Positions 63,771-64,000 of a DNA stretch of 64,000 nt are shown piece by piece. The notes beneath the pieces were generated by a model that saw nothing but the letters and a program-made list of their open reading frames with translations, had not been told where the DNA came from and did no database searches. Numbering within the stretch: the first letter of the stretch is position 1; each line of letters starts with the position of its first letter. Made by a program: the position numbers and the translations under genes. Source of the stretch: Hyphomicrobiales bacterium (GTDB lineage Bacteria; Pseudomonadota; Alphaproteobacteria; Rhizobiales; UBA4765); contig JAIEPZ010000005.1 of the NCBI GenBank assembly GCA_019748135.1, positions 23,413 to 87,412 on the forward strand. Reading direction: 5' to 3'.

Positions 63771-64000
63771 TCAGCTTTCCATCGCCAATTTCAACTGGTC
63801 GGAGGCTTGACGGCAGAGGCTTGCATAGGCGGAGGAGGTGCGGAACATCTCGTCGCGCGGGTAGGGCGCGGCAACATCAAGCGTGCTGACGATGCGCCCG
63901 GGCCGCGCTGCCATGACGACGATACGCTGCGACAGGAAGACGCTTTCGAAGACCGAATGGGTGACGAAGACTGCGGTGAAGCCGACATCGCGCCACACAT
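63771..64000 (-). CDS. ABC ATP-binding protein, NitT/TauT family (C-terminal part only; 5' end lies beyond the window)
   Basis: H-loop region AVFVTHSVFESVFLS and a family-typical C-terminus. The ORF runs off the window edge. Confidence 0.7.
   Translation of the reverse strand, partial: VWRDVGFTAVFVTHSVFESVFLSQRIVVMAARPGRIVSTLDVAAPYPRDEMFRTSSAYASLCRQASDQLKLAMES

Noticed and set aside
1-64000. I searched the whole window for mobile elements, CRISPR arrays, toxin-antitoxin pairs, restriction-modification genes or other defence-island hallmarks.
   Set aside because: No transposase, integrase, recombinase, Cas, nuclease/methylase or short-repeat array is recognisable in any frame. The only repeat structures are the 12-nt fosX junction duplication, the paralogous MCP genes and the ~55-nt gap repeats.

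Overview
This is a GC-rich, very densely coding 64-kb stretch. Gene content suggests an alphaproteobacterium of the Rhizobiales/Hyphomicrobiales type; that is an inference from the fosX-inside-phn arrangement, opgGH, efp with epmAB, and many ABC importers. I can support about 60 protein-coding genes. I see no rRNA, tRNA, CRISPR array, transposase, integrase or recognisable defence gene. Left to right: (1) opgG-opgH. (2) A C-P lyase phosphonate cluster: phnF, divergent from phnGHI-fosX-phnJKLM-DUF1045, then convergent phnN and a hexapeptide acyltransferase. (3) An EF-hand protein. (4) A DUF1007+NicO metal transporter convergent with a cobalt-type nitrile hydratase operon (C26 hydrolase, alpha, beta, accessory protein). 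(5) SDR and acyl-CoA dehydrogenase. (6) A TadG-like vWA protein. (7) A fused indolepyruvate:ferredoxin oxidoreductase followed by acyl-CoA ligase, LivGHMKF-type ABC importer and a PaaK-like ligase. (8) galU, an MltB-like transglycosylase and a DUF459/SGNH-like protein. (9) The block I consider most unusual: TauE, then a tightly coupled 10-gene unit in which succinate dehydrogenase/fumarate reductase-like Fe-S and anchor subunits are separated from their flavoprotein by an SsuABC-type importer and a TtdAB-like Fe-S hydro-lyase. (10) A D-2-hydroxyacid dehydrogenase, a TPP enzyme, a hydrolase, an FAD oxidoreductase and an M20 amidohydrolase. (11) A PLP enzyme-epmB-epmA operon divergent from efp. 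(12) Three tandem MCP genes with mosaic domain relationships. (13) The start of another NitT/TauT ABC system. All family calls come from reading motifs by eye in the supplied translations. No database search or computation was possible, so product names are family-level and start codons are best guesses.
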